From positions 128,001-192,000 of the forward strand of contig JBBRSP010000011.1 of the NCBI GenBank assembly GCA_038245295.1: 64,000 bases of DNA. Reading direction: 5' to 3'. The notes under the pieces are model-generated. The model did no database searches. It had not been told where the DNA came from and worked only from the letters and a program-made list of their open reading frames with translations. This document shows, piece after piece, positions 56,384 to 64,000 of this stretch (position 1 is its first letter; each line of letters begins with the position of its first letter). The stretch is from Candidatus Binatia bacterium (GTDB lineage Bacteria > Desulfobacterota > Binatia > HRBIN30). The translations under genes and the position numbers were made by a program.

Positions 56384-57253
56384 ATGCGTATCGCCGACCT
56401 GCTCGTGACCGGCCGTCCGGTCTTCTCGTTCGAGTTCTTTCCGCCGAAGACACCGGCTGGCGAAGCAGGTTTGTTTCGCACCATCGACCATCTACGCGAG
56501 CTCGAGCCTGCCTTTGTGTCGGTTACCTACGGCGCCGGTGGCAGCACGCGGGACAAGACGGTGGACTTGGTGCGGCGGATCAAACACGACATCGGTATCG
56601 AGACCATGGCGCACCTGACCTGCGTCGGTGCCGTCGCCGACGAGATTGATTCTGTGTTGCGTCAGTTGCGCGCCGCCGGCATCGAGAACGTGCTAGCGCT
56701 GCGTGGGGATGCGCCGAACAACGACGTGCAGTTCACCGCGGTGCCGGGCGGTTTTCAATACGCCTCGCAGCTCGTCACGTTCATTCGCCAGCGCGGGTAC
56801 GAGTTCTGCGTGGCGGCGGCGGCATACCCGGAAGGACATGTCGAGTGCCGCGATCGCGACCTCGATCTGCAACACCTGAAGGCCAAGGTCGACGCGGGCG
56901 CCGATCTGCTCATCACCCAACTTTTCTTTGACAACCGCGACTTCGATGTGTTTGTCGAGCGAGCCCGTCTGCTCGGGATCCGTAGCCCGATCATCCCGGG
57001 AATCATGCCGATCACCAATCTAGCTCAGATCGAACGCTTCACCTCGATGTGCGGGGCGCGTATTCCCGATGAGTTGAGGCAACGCCTGCTGGCATGTGGG
57101 GACGATGAGCAGGCGGTGCGGGCGGTTGGGGTCGAACACGCGTTCGAGCAGTGCCGCGACCTGCTGGCCCGGGGCGCCGCCGGAATTCACTTCTATACAT
57201 TGAATCAATCGCTGGCGACGCGTGCTATTTGCGAACGGCTGCAGCGCAACTAA
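56384..57253 (+). CDS. metF: 5,10-methylenetetrahydrofolate reductase
   Basis: SFEFFPPKT, VSVTYGAGGS, AHLTC, LALRGD, AYPEGH, ITQLFFD, PGIMPI, HFYTLN. Confidence 0.96.
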   Translation: MRIADLLVTGRPVFSFEFFPPKTPAGEAGLFRTIDHLRELEPAFVSVTYGAGGSTRDKTVDLVRRIKHDIGIETMAHLTCVGAVADEIDSVLRQLRAAGIENVLALRGDAPNNDVQFTAVPGGFQYASQLVTFIRQRGYEFCVAAAAYPEGHVECRDRDLDLQHLKAKVDAGADLLITQLFFDNRDFDVFVERARLLGIRSPIIPGIMPITNLAQIERFTSMCGARIPDELRQRLLACGDDEQAVRAVGVEHAFEQCRDLLARGAAGIHFYTLNQSLATRAICERLQRN

Positions 57254-57262
57254 GAGAGACGT

Positions 57263-57499
57263 ATGGCCACCATCATGACTTTCACGCCGTTGCGCCCGCC
57301 CGTGCGGACGCGGGTCAACGGCGCTGGCCGTCTCCTGTCACACGCATGCGAAGACGGCTCCGGTGGACGCCACCGTCAACGCTTGCCGCTTGGCAGTGTG
57401 CGCGGTGCGGTCTATCTCGACGCGCTGTGCCTGCACTGCGGCGCACACTTTGTATGGGTAGATGATCCGATTGAGCAGCGGCCTGCACCTACCGCGTGA
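57263..57499 (+). CDS. Possible small protein with His/Cys motifs (HxC...H...CxxC)
   Basis: 78-aa ORF starting 9 nt after the metF stop; HACE and CLHCG motifs. Confidence 0.4.
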   Translation: MATIMTFTPLRPPVRTRVNGAGRLLSHACEDGSGGRHRQRLPLGSVRGAVYLDALCLHCGAHFVWVDDPIEQRPAPTA

Positions 57500-57634
57500 G
57501 TCGTCGTCCGGCGTCGAATCAAAACTTCACCGAAAAAGTGGACCTGACGTCTTGCGCATCGCCCGGGTTTCGACATAAAACGCCACCCAATCAAAAAACC
57601 GGGAAGAAATTTCGGACGTCCGTGCAGAATTCAG

Positions 57635-57664
57635 TTGACACAAATGACGCGTTTGAGGTAACGA
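57635..57664 (+). promoter_or_regulatory. Possible sigma70 promoter of the HKP-repeat gene
   Basis: Consensus TTGACA at 57635-57640 in an AT-richer tract; weak -10 (TAACGA) 18 nt downstream. Confidence 0.35.
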
Positions 57665-57720
57665 GGCGGCACCAAGATTTTCGAGAGTGTACAGAATTGG
57701 GAATCCGAGAGGAGGCGAGC

Positions 57721-58287
57721 ATGTTCAGGGGTAAACATTCGATCATGAGAGCTTTGGGCTGGTTGGTGACGGCTGTTGCGTTGGTAGGCTTTCTGAGTCT
57801 GCCGGCTGTGACAATGGCTGCAGCCCACAAGCCGCATAAGCCGAGTGCTGGCCACAAGCCGCACAAGCCTTCTGCCGGCCACAAGCCGCACAAGCCACCA
57901 GTGGGCCACAAGCCGCACAAGCCGCCAGTGAGCCACAAGCCGCACAAGCCACCGGTGGGCCACAAGCCGCACAAGCCTTCTGCCGGTCACAAGCCGCACA
58001 AGCCACCAGTGAGCCACAAGCCGCACAAGCCGCCAGTGAGCCACAAGCCGCATGCTGGTCACAAGCCACACAAGCCGCATGCCGACCACAAACCACACAA
58101 GCCGCATGGCGATCACAAGCCGCACAAGCCCGGCAAGCCGCATGGCGACCACAAGCCGCACAAGCCCGGCAAGCCGCATGCGGATCACAAGCCGCACAAG
58201 CCGAAGTCGGACCACAAGCCGCACAAGCCGCACTCCGACAAGAAGCCGCACAAGCCGAGCGCTGGCCACAAGCCGCGCAAGCCATAA
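57721..58287 (+). CDS. Secreted His-Lys-Pro tandem-repeat protein (HKPHKPxxx)n
   Basis: SD GAGGAGG then ATG 57721; signal peptide ending ..TMA-AA; 14 exact HKPHKP units plus 3 variants; repeat variation is largely synonymous in this frame; has its own terminator. Confidence 0.85.
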   Translation: MFRGKHSIMRALGWLVTAVALVGFLSLPAVTMAAAHKPHKPSAGHKPHKPSAGHKPHKPPVGHKPHKPPVSHKPHKPPVGHKPHKPSAGHKPHKPPVSHKPHKPPVSHKPHAGHKPHKPHADHKPHKPHGDHKPHKPGKPHGDHKPHKPGKPHADHKPHKPKSDHKPHKPHSDKKPHKPSAGHKPRKP

Positions 58288-58322
58288 GCGGGCGGTTTCA
58301 GTACAAGCCTCGCTCTCGATTC

Positions 58323-58356
58323 AGGGGCGCATTCCGAAAGGAATGCGCCCCTTTTT
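58323..58356 (+). terminator. Rho-independent terminator
   Basis: AGGGGCGCATTCC-GAAA-GGAATGCGCCCC followed by TTTTT. Confidence 0.9.
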
Positions 58357-58405
58357 CATGCGCCACTCTTGCGCCCTTGCGCCCAATCTGGATTGTTTTA
58401 CACCT

Positions 58406-59683
58406 ATGCGACGCCACCTCCCTCTTTATGCTCTGGCATTGTTGATCGTGCTCGTCGGGCTGGCGCCGATCGAGTTACGTGCGGATCCGTTGAGGATCAC
58501 CATCGATGAGGCTGCCGCCCGGGCGGCGGCGGAGAATCTCGACTTGCGCGCCGCCGGTAAGGACGTTGATGTGGCGCGCGGCGAATTGACGCGCAACAGC
58601 GCTGTGCTGCCCTTTAACCCGTTTCTCAGCGGCGGCACGCAAACCCGACCACAAGGAGCAGGCGTAGCCGGGGGGGTGGGCTACTACTTCGGCTACCTTT
58701 CCCAGGAGTTTGAGATCGCCGGCCAGTACTGGGCCCGTGCCGAGGCGGCGCGTAAGGCGGTGGATAAAGAACAATCGACCTTCCAGGATGCCAAGCGCAG
58801 CCTCGTTGCGTCCGTAAAGACGAACTTCATCAAAGCGCTGGCGGCCGACCAGCGCCTCGAACTGGCGCGTCAGGCCGCCGCCGATAGCGAACGTTTGCGC
58901 AACAGCGGCAACTTCAAGAAGAAGACCGACAGTGAGTTGATCGAGTCCAATAGTGCTCGGATCGACAGCGCCCGGTTCGAGGGCGCGCTGACGGAAGCGG
59001 AAGAGGACCGTGATACAGCCTACGAAGCGCTCCGGCACCAGTTGGCTCTAGCGGCGGATAGCGAGATCGAGCTCGTCGGCCGGATTCCCGACACGGTCGA
59101 ACCACAACCGGCCCTCGCCGATTTGATTGATCAAGCGACCTTGAACCGCGCTGACTTGCAGGCCCTGCGTGCCGCCGAAGAGAGCACGGCGGCCCAGGTC
59201 AAGCTCGAGAATCGCCGGCGATTTCCCAATGTAACCCTCTCGGGCACCGTGGCGCGCTTTGAAGGTGATACGTTGTTCGGTGGCGAAATCGGTTTTCCGC
59301 TGCCCGTGTTCCACACCAACTCGGGTGAAGTGCAACTGGCGGTTGCCGAGCACGAACGCACCGAGATTCAAATCCGCGATCTGCAGCGCCAGATCGAACA
59401 GGAAGTGCGTGCCGCGTATCGCACCTGCGCGACCAAGGGCGCCGCCGTGAATCGCTACCGCGACACGGTGATCCCGCTCAGCGAGGAGAATGTGCGACTG
59501 CAGCAACGACTGTGGGACCGGGACGAGTCGAATGAAGTCGATTATCTCGGGGCGAAACTCGAAATGCTCAGCGCTCGTGGCGAGTATGTCGACGCCCTTG
59601 AGGACTACGAGACAGCCCGCATTGAACTGGATCGCCTGCTGGGTCGAGGACTCGTCGAACCCGCAACCCCGCTGCAACCGTAG
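58406..59683 (+). CDS. TolC/outer-membrane efflux family protein (CzcC-like)
   Basis: Signal peptide; N.DLRAA, NP.LS, LSQEFEIAG, RADL.A, FPNVTLSG, .PLPVF..N.G; coiled-coil halves. Confidence 0.88.
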   Translation: MRRHLPLYALALLIVLVGLAPIELRADPLRITIDEAAARAAAENLDLRAAGKDVDVARGELTRNSAVLPFNPFLSGGTQTRPQGAGVAGGVGYYFGYLSQEFEIAGQYWARAEAARKAVDKEQSTFQDAKRSLVASVKTNFIKALAADQRLELARQAAADSERLRNSGNFKKKTDSELIESNSARIDSARFEGALTEAEEDRDTAYEALRHQLALAADSEIELVGRIPDTVEPQPALADLIDQATLNRADLQALRAAEESTAAQVKLENRRRFPNVTLSGTVARFEGDTLFGGEIGFPLPVFHTNSGEVQLAVAEHERTEIQIRDLQRQIEQEVRAAYRTCATKGAAVNRYRDTVIPLSEENVRLQQRLWDRDESNEVDYLGAKLEMLSARGEYVDALEDYETARIELDRLLGRGLVEPATPLQP

Positions 59684-59760
59684 GCCCCTGGTTCGTTCAC
59701 CTCGCCCGAAATCAACCAAGCGCCGCACCCGCTCAGGCTGGGCCGGCAAATCCAAAATGG

Positions 59761-59795
59761 CAAAGGGGCTGCCGGCAATGCCGGCAGCCCCTTTG
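59761..59795. terminator. Bidirectional terminator between convergent genes
   Basis: Perfect stem CAAAGGGGCTGCCGGCA / TGCCGGCAGCCCCTTTG. Confidence 0.8.
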
Positions 59796-59820
59796 GGTTC
59801 GTTCGCTGGGGAATCTCGCC

Positions 59821-60975
59821 TTAACGACGGCGTCGCAGCAGGCCCATCACCGCCGCTCCAATCAGGAGACCCAGGCTACCTGCTCCATCAGTGCTCCCGA
59901 CCGGTTGCAGGGCACAGCTGCCACCCTGTTGATAAACTGTTTTGTGAATGATGTAGGGCGTTGGCGAGAAGGGCGCCCGCACGGTCACCACAGCGCCCGC
60001 GCCAACCGTTTGCACCAGCGCCTTGTCGAGCGTTAGCGTGTGGCCGTCCGCGACGCGTGTGTAGAGAAGCTGCTCGATGCTCGAGTCGATGGAGATCGTG
60101 CCACGATCCGGAAATCGCGTGTTGTCGTCCACCACCAACGTGTGGCTGCCCGCCAGCGCGTTCTGACTCACCAGCGCGGTGAGATTGCCGGTGCTGTCCG
60201 GTGTCTTGCTGCGTGTCGCCGTTGCGGTAAGGCCCGGGGCAGCCGTTCGAGTCCGCGTTGGTGTGGTGGAAGGCGGCTGCGAGCCGGTCCTGGTCGGCGT
60301 TCGCGTCGCTGTCGGTACAATCGTGCGTGAGGTTGCTGTTGGCGTACGAGTCGCGCCAATGACCGTCGGTGTGCGTGTCGGCGTCGCAGAGGTGGGACAG
60401 TCGACCACCGGCGCTCGGCAGACACCAGAGGCGCCGCCCGTATTCGTGCAGTCGGCGTCGTTGAAACAGGTGAAGTCGGCGAAATCGCCGCCGTCGCAGA
60501 ACTTGCCGGTGGCGCGACAACTCGAGGCGGTGCACTGATCATCACTCAGGCAGCCAAAACCCTTGTCGCTGCCGCTGATGCAGACCTTGTACGACCCGAC
60601 ACAGGCGATGCCTGTACCGCAGGTGCCTCCGCCATCGGTGTTGGTGCACGCCTCCCCGTTGAAGGCACCACCGGTGCAGGTGCCGGCGGCGCTGCAGGTG
60701 CCGCCAGGGCAGTCGCACGGGAACGAGTCGAAGTCACCGCCGTTACAGACGCCTTGCACAAGGACGCAAGCGCCGAAACTGCTGGGGCAACTGACGAAGC
60801 AGTCGTCATCTCCGGCGGGGCAAGCCTGGCCGTCCTTCGGACCACCCGAGCACAGGAAGTCCTGCGCTCGCGCCGGAAGCGTCAACGCCCCCACGGTGAT
60901 CAGCCCCGTCAACAAACACCCTAAGGTCCAACGCAATGTGTTCTTCACGATCGTTTCTCGGCTCCCCGGTTTCAT
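59821..60975 (-). CDS. Secreted Cys-rich repeat protein with Thr/Pro/Arg linker and MYXO-CTERM-like sorting tail
   Basis: Signal peptide; five C.(G/S)G......C units; C-terminal GGSC + hydrophobic segment + RRRR. Confidence 0.8.
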   Translation of the reverse strand: MKPGSRETIVKNTLRWTLGCLLTGLITVGALTLPARAQDFLCSGGPKDGQACPAGDDDCFVSCPSSFGACVLVQGVCNGGDFDSFPCDCPGGTCSAAGTCTGGAFNGEACTNTDGGGTCGTGIACVGSYKVCISGSDKGFGCLSDDQCTASSCRATGKFCDGGDFADFTCFNDADCTNTGGASGVCRAPVVDCPTSATPTRTPTVIGATRTPTATSRTIVPTATRTPTRTGSQPPSTTPTRTRTAAPGLTATATRSKTPDSTGNLTALVSQNALAGSHTLVVDDNTRFPDRGTISIDSSIEQLLYTRVADGHTLTLDKALVQTVGAGAVVTVRAPFSPTPYIIHKTVYQQGGSCALQPVGSTDGAGSLGLLIGAAVMGLLRRRR

Positions 60976-61073
60976 CCTGTCTCCTCGATCGTTTAGTCGA
61001 CCGAAAAGAGCACAGCGGCCCTATGAGATCGAGGTCTTATTGTTTCTTTCCTCGATTTGTCAAACGCATAATC

Positions 61074-61367
61074 CTACCCGGAATTCTTCGACTCTTTCTT
61101 ATAGCGCGAGATGCGGACTTTGTGAGGCTTGGTGAACCATCGGTTGGCCCGCCCCACCAAGGGCGTGCGCACCAGGTGTTCATCCATTGTCTGGGCCAAA
61201 ACCTCGAACGCGTCGGCCGGCACCTTGGCGAGTGCCTCGATCTCCAACGGTGATAAGCGGAGCCGGGCTTCGATGCAGACGCGTACCGGATCCTGGTAGA
61301 ACCGCACGCGGAACTCTTCGTCGGTCACCAGACGACCGATGATCATTTCGATGTCGCGCATCGCCAT
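61074..61367 (-). CDS. Small NHLP-clan (Os1348/Frankia peptide-like) leader-domain protein
   Basis: IE.IIGRLVTDEEFR.RF..DP......L.LS..E.EAL motif. Confidence 0.7.
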   Translation of the reverse strand: MAMRDIEMIIGRLVTDEEFRVRFYQDPVRVCIEARLRLSPLEIEALAKVPADAFEVLAQTMDEHLVRTPLVGRANRWFTKPHKVRISRYKKESKNSG

Positions 61368-61519
61368 GTTGAGTCGTTGCCCCATATCACCAGTGGCGCC
61401 GCTGGTGCTACCGCCCGCGCCGCGACGATTACGGAAAATAACCGACGTGCGTTGACATCGCCGGACGCCTAAGGAAGAGCAAAAGACCGCCTTGTGCGGA
61501 GCCCTGGAGGACGTTTGCC

Positions 61520-62869
61520 ATGAGTGAATACAGCGCTTGGTTCGAGTGCATCAACGGTTGCCCGACTCGGTTCAATCTGACCGAGATCATCTATCGCTGC
61601 CCGACGTGTGGCGACCTGCTCGACGTGGTGCACGACACGGTGGCCCTGCGCCGACGCTCCTCCGCCGCCTGGATGCAGCTGTTCGACGAGCGCTACCGCC
61701 GCAACGACTTCCCCTACGGTTCGGGCGTGTGGGGCAAGAAGGAGTGGGTCGTCCCATTCCTCGACAATGAGAACGTCGTCTCGACCTACGAGGGCGGCAC
61801 CAACCTTCTATGGGCCGAACGCTACGGCCGCATGCTCGGTGTCGAAGATCTGTGGGTCAAGCAGTGCGGCAACTCGCATACCGGATCGTTCAAAGACCTG
61901 GGCATGACCGTGCTCGTGTCGGTGGTAAAGCAGATGATCGCCGAGGGCCAGAACATCGCCGCCATCGCCTGTGCCTCGACGGGGGATACGTCGGCGGCGC
62001 TGGCAAACTACTGTGCCGCCGCCGGCATCCCCGCCGTCGTCTTGCTGCCGCGCGACAAGGTGTCGCCGGCGCAGCTCGTGCAACCAATCGCCAATGGTGC
62101 GCTGGTGCTCAGTCTCGATACCGACTTCGACGGCTGTATGGCTCTCGTGCAGGAGATCACCAAAGAGAAGACCGTCTACCTGGCCAACTCGATGAACAGT
62201 CTGCGCCTCGAAGGCCAGAAGACCGTCGCCATCGAACTTGTCCAGCAGTTCAACTGGGAAGTGCCCGACTGGGTCGTGATCCCTGGGGGCAACCTCGGCA
62301 ACGTCAGCGCTCTCGGTAAAGGCTTCCTCCTGATGAAGGAGCTCGGCCTGATCCAGAAGTTGCCGCGCATTGCCGTGGCACAGGCCGCCAACGCCAACCC
62401 GCTCTACCTGTCGTATTTGAAACATTTCGAATCGTTCGAAGCGGTTACCGCCAAGAAGACTCTCGCCAGCGCCATCCAGATCGGCAATCCGGTCAGTTAC
62501 AAGCGCGCCATCCGTGCTCTGCAGCAATTTGACGGCGTCGTGGAGGAAGCGACCGAAGCCGAGCTCGCCGATGAGGCCGCTCTTGCCGATCGCACCGGCA
62601 TGTTCAATTGCCCGCACACCGGCGTCGCCCTGGCGGTCTTCCGCAAGCTCGTCGAGCGCAAGACGATCAAGTCGAATCAACGCGTCGTCGTCATCTCGAC
62701 GGCCCATGGCCTGAAGTTCGCCGAGCAGAAGACGAACTATCATCTCGATCGCATCGAGGGTGTGAAGCCGCGTTATGCCAATCGGCCGGTGGACACCGAG
62801 GCCAATTTGAAGAAAGTGCTCGAAACCATCCGGCGCTTCTCCGACAAAAGCCGGCTCCTGGAGGCGTGA
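61520..62869 (+). CDS. thrC: Threonine synthase (plant-like subfamily)
   Basis: [83 protein letters not shown]. Confidence 0.95.
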   Translation: MSEYSAWFECINGCPTRFNLTEIIYRCPTCGDLLDVVHDTVALRRRSSAAWMQLFDERYRRNDFPYGSGVWGKKEWVVPFLDNENVVSTYEGGTNLLWAERYGRMLGVEDLWVKQCGNSHTGSFKDLGMTVLVSVVKQMIAEGQNIAAIACASTGDTSAALANYCAAAGIPAVVLLPRDKVSPAQLVQPIANGALVLSLDTDFDGCMALVQEITKEKTVYLANSMNSLRLEGQKTVAIELVQQFNWEVPDWVVIPGGNLGNVSALGKGFLLMKELGLIQKLPRIAVAQAANANPLYLSYLKHFESFEAVTAKKTLASAIQIGNPVSYKRAIRALQQFDGVVEEATEAELADEAALADRTGMFNCPHTGVALAVFRKLVERKTIKSNQRVVVISTAHGLKFAEQKTNYHLDRIEGVKPRYANRPVDTEANLKKVLETIRRFSDKSRLLEA

Positions 62870-62871
62870 TC

Positions 62872-64000
62872 GTGGCGAAGTCAGAAGATCTATCCCAGAC
62901 GCGGGCCGGCGGCCCCAGTACGTGTGCGGTGCACGGCGGCGAAGCGCGCGCCAAGCTCGGCAATGCCATCACGGAGCCGATCGTTCAGACCGCGACGTAC
63001 ACCTTCGCCAACTCGCAGGAGATCTGTGATCACTTCGAAGGTCGTATCGAGCGCGAGGAGTACGGTCGCTACGGCAACCCGACGCAGGCGGTGGCGGAAC
63101 GCAAGCTGGCCGCCCTAGAAGGGGCCGAGGCCGCGTTGCTGTTTTCCAGCGGTATGGCGGCCATCACGACGACGCTTTTCGCGATGTTGTCGAAGGGCGC
63201 CCATGTCGTCGTGACCGACGATGCCTATCGGCGCACGCGACAGTTCTTGAACCAGATCTTGCGTCGCTACGGTGTCGAGGTGTCGACGATTCCGGCCGGC
63301 GACTACACGCGTATGGAGGAGGCGATCAAAGGCACGACCCGCCTGTTGTTCAGCGAGTCGCCGACCAACCCTTACAACCGCGTCCTCGATCTCGAACGGG
63401 TCGCCGAGATTGGCCGGCGGCATCGCATCAAGACGGTGATCGATTCGACGTTCGCCACACCCATCAACCAGCGGCCGCTCGAGTTCGGCATCGATCTGGT
63501 AATCCATTCGGCCACCAAGTACCTCGGTGGTCACAACGATCTGATGGCCGGCGCGGTGTGTGGATCGGAAGCATTGATCGGCGGCATTCGCGATCTGCAA
63601 GGTGTCACCGGCGCGGTTCCCGATCCGTTCGCCGCGTATCTCCTGATTCGCGGCATCAAGACCCTGGCCTTGCGCGTCGAACGGCAGAATCGCAACGCCG
63701 AGACTGTGGCCGACTTCCTGGCCGGTCACCCGAAGATCGCTCAAGTGCACTACCCGAGTCTGAAGTCTCACCCCGAGCACGAGATCGCCAAACGGCAAAT
63801 GAAAGGTTTCGGCGGCGTCGTCTCTTTCGAAGTCAAAGGCGACCTGCAAGCCGCCTCGCGCCTGGTCGACGCGTGCCGCATCCCGCGCATCGCTCCATCG
63901 CTGGGTGGTGTCGAAAGTCTCATCGAGCAGCCGGCGTTGATGAGCTTCTACGAGCTGACGACCGAAGAGCGGTTGCAGGTCGGCATCAAGGACAGCCTCG
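62872..64000 (+). CDS. metB: Cystathionine gamma-synthase-like trans-sulfuration enzyme (3'-truncated)
   Basis: Translated manually from GTG 62872: EYGRYGNPT, LEGAE..LLFSSGMAA, YRRTRQF, ESPTNP, IDSTFATP, HSATKYLGGHND, RGIKTL, APSLGGVESLIEQP. Confidence 0.88.
   Translation, partial: MAKSEDLSQTRAGGPSTCAVHGGEARAKLGNAITEPIVQTATYTFANSQEICDHFEGRIEREEYGRYGNPTQAVAERKLAALEGAEAALLFSSGMAAITTTLFAMLSKGAHVVVTDDAYRRTRQFLNQILRRYGVEVSTIPAGDYTRMEEAIKGTTRLLFSESPTNPYNRVLDLERVAEIGRRHRIKTVIDSTFATPINQRPLEFGIDLVIHSATKYLGGHNDLMAGAVCGSEALIGGIRDLQGVTGAVPDPFAAYLLIRGIKTLALRVERQNRNAETVADFLAGHPKIAQVHYPSLKSHPEHEIAKRQMKGFGGVVSFEVKGDLQAASRLVDACRIPRIAPSLGGVESLIEQPALMSFYELTTEERLQVGIKDSL

Noticed and set aside
57826..58284. 27-nt periodic repeats as a possible CRISPR array
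   Set aside because: There are no unique spacers, the repeats are in-frame coding sequence, and no cas genes are present in the window.
57743..58285. Minus-strand ORF with (ACAACG)n repeats that looks metallothionein-like, and overlapping (RLV)n and (GLCGLW)n ORFs
   Set aside because: These are antisense shadows of the HKP repeat. The plus frame has the SD, signal peptide and terminator, and repeat variation is mostly synonymous in that frame.
58052..58405. (TSR)n N-terminal extension of the TolC ORF
   Set aside because: It is an alternate frame of the HKP repeat that runs through a terminator; the signal peptide starts at ATG 58406.

Overview
GC-rich bacterial chromosomal window with about 55 densely packed CDSs. 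I recognised no rRNA, tRNA, CRISPR array or autonomous transposase. The dockerin-like C-termini, Thr/Pro linkers and MYXO-CTERM-like tail recall Candidatus Binatia and related deltaproteobacteria (inference only). Housekeeping genes: phrB, fur, fused trpE(G), purB, waaF, glpX, hom, rne, cstA, metF, thrC, and a cystathionine gamma-synthase cut by the window end. Highlights: (1) secreted proteins built as passenger + Thr/Pro linker + interchangeable C-terminal module. Two paralogs share an N-terminal half but carry different tails, and two unrelated proteins share an unnamed tandem ~135-aa domain. (2) A separately transcribed secreted His-Lys-Pro repeat protein beside an orphan CzcC/TolC-like gene. 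(3) A compact sulfoquinovose-monooxygenase-type trio (SmoC-like, SmoB-like, GH188-like). (4) A split B12 mutase with isobutyryl-CoA-mutase specificity residues. (5) A 187-bp foldback MITE with an apparent 8-bp target duplication, plus several REP-like repeat families. (6) An orphan NHLP/Os1348-like leader protein. (7) Adjacent plant-type threonine synthase and cystathionine gamma-synthase. All family calls come from reading motifs by eye; no searches were run.
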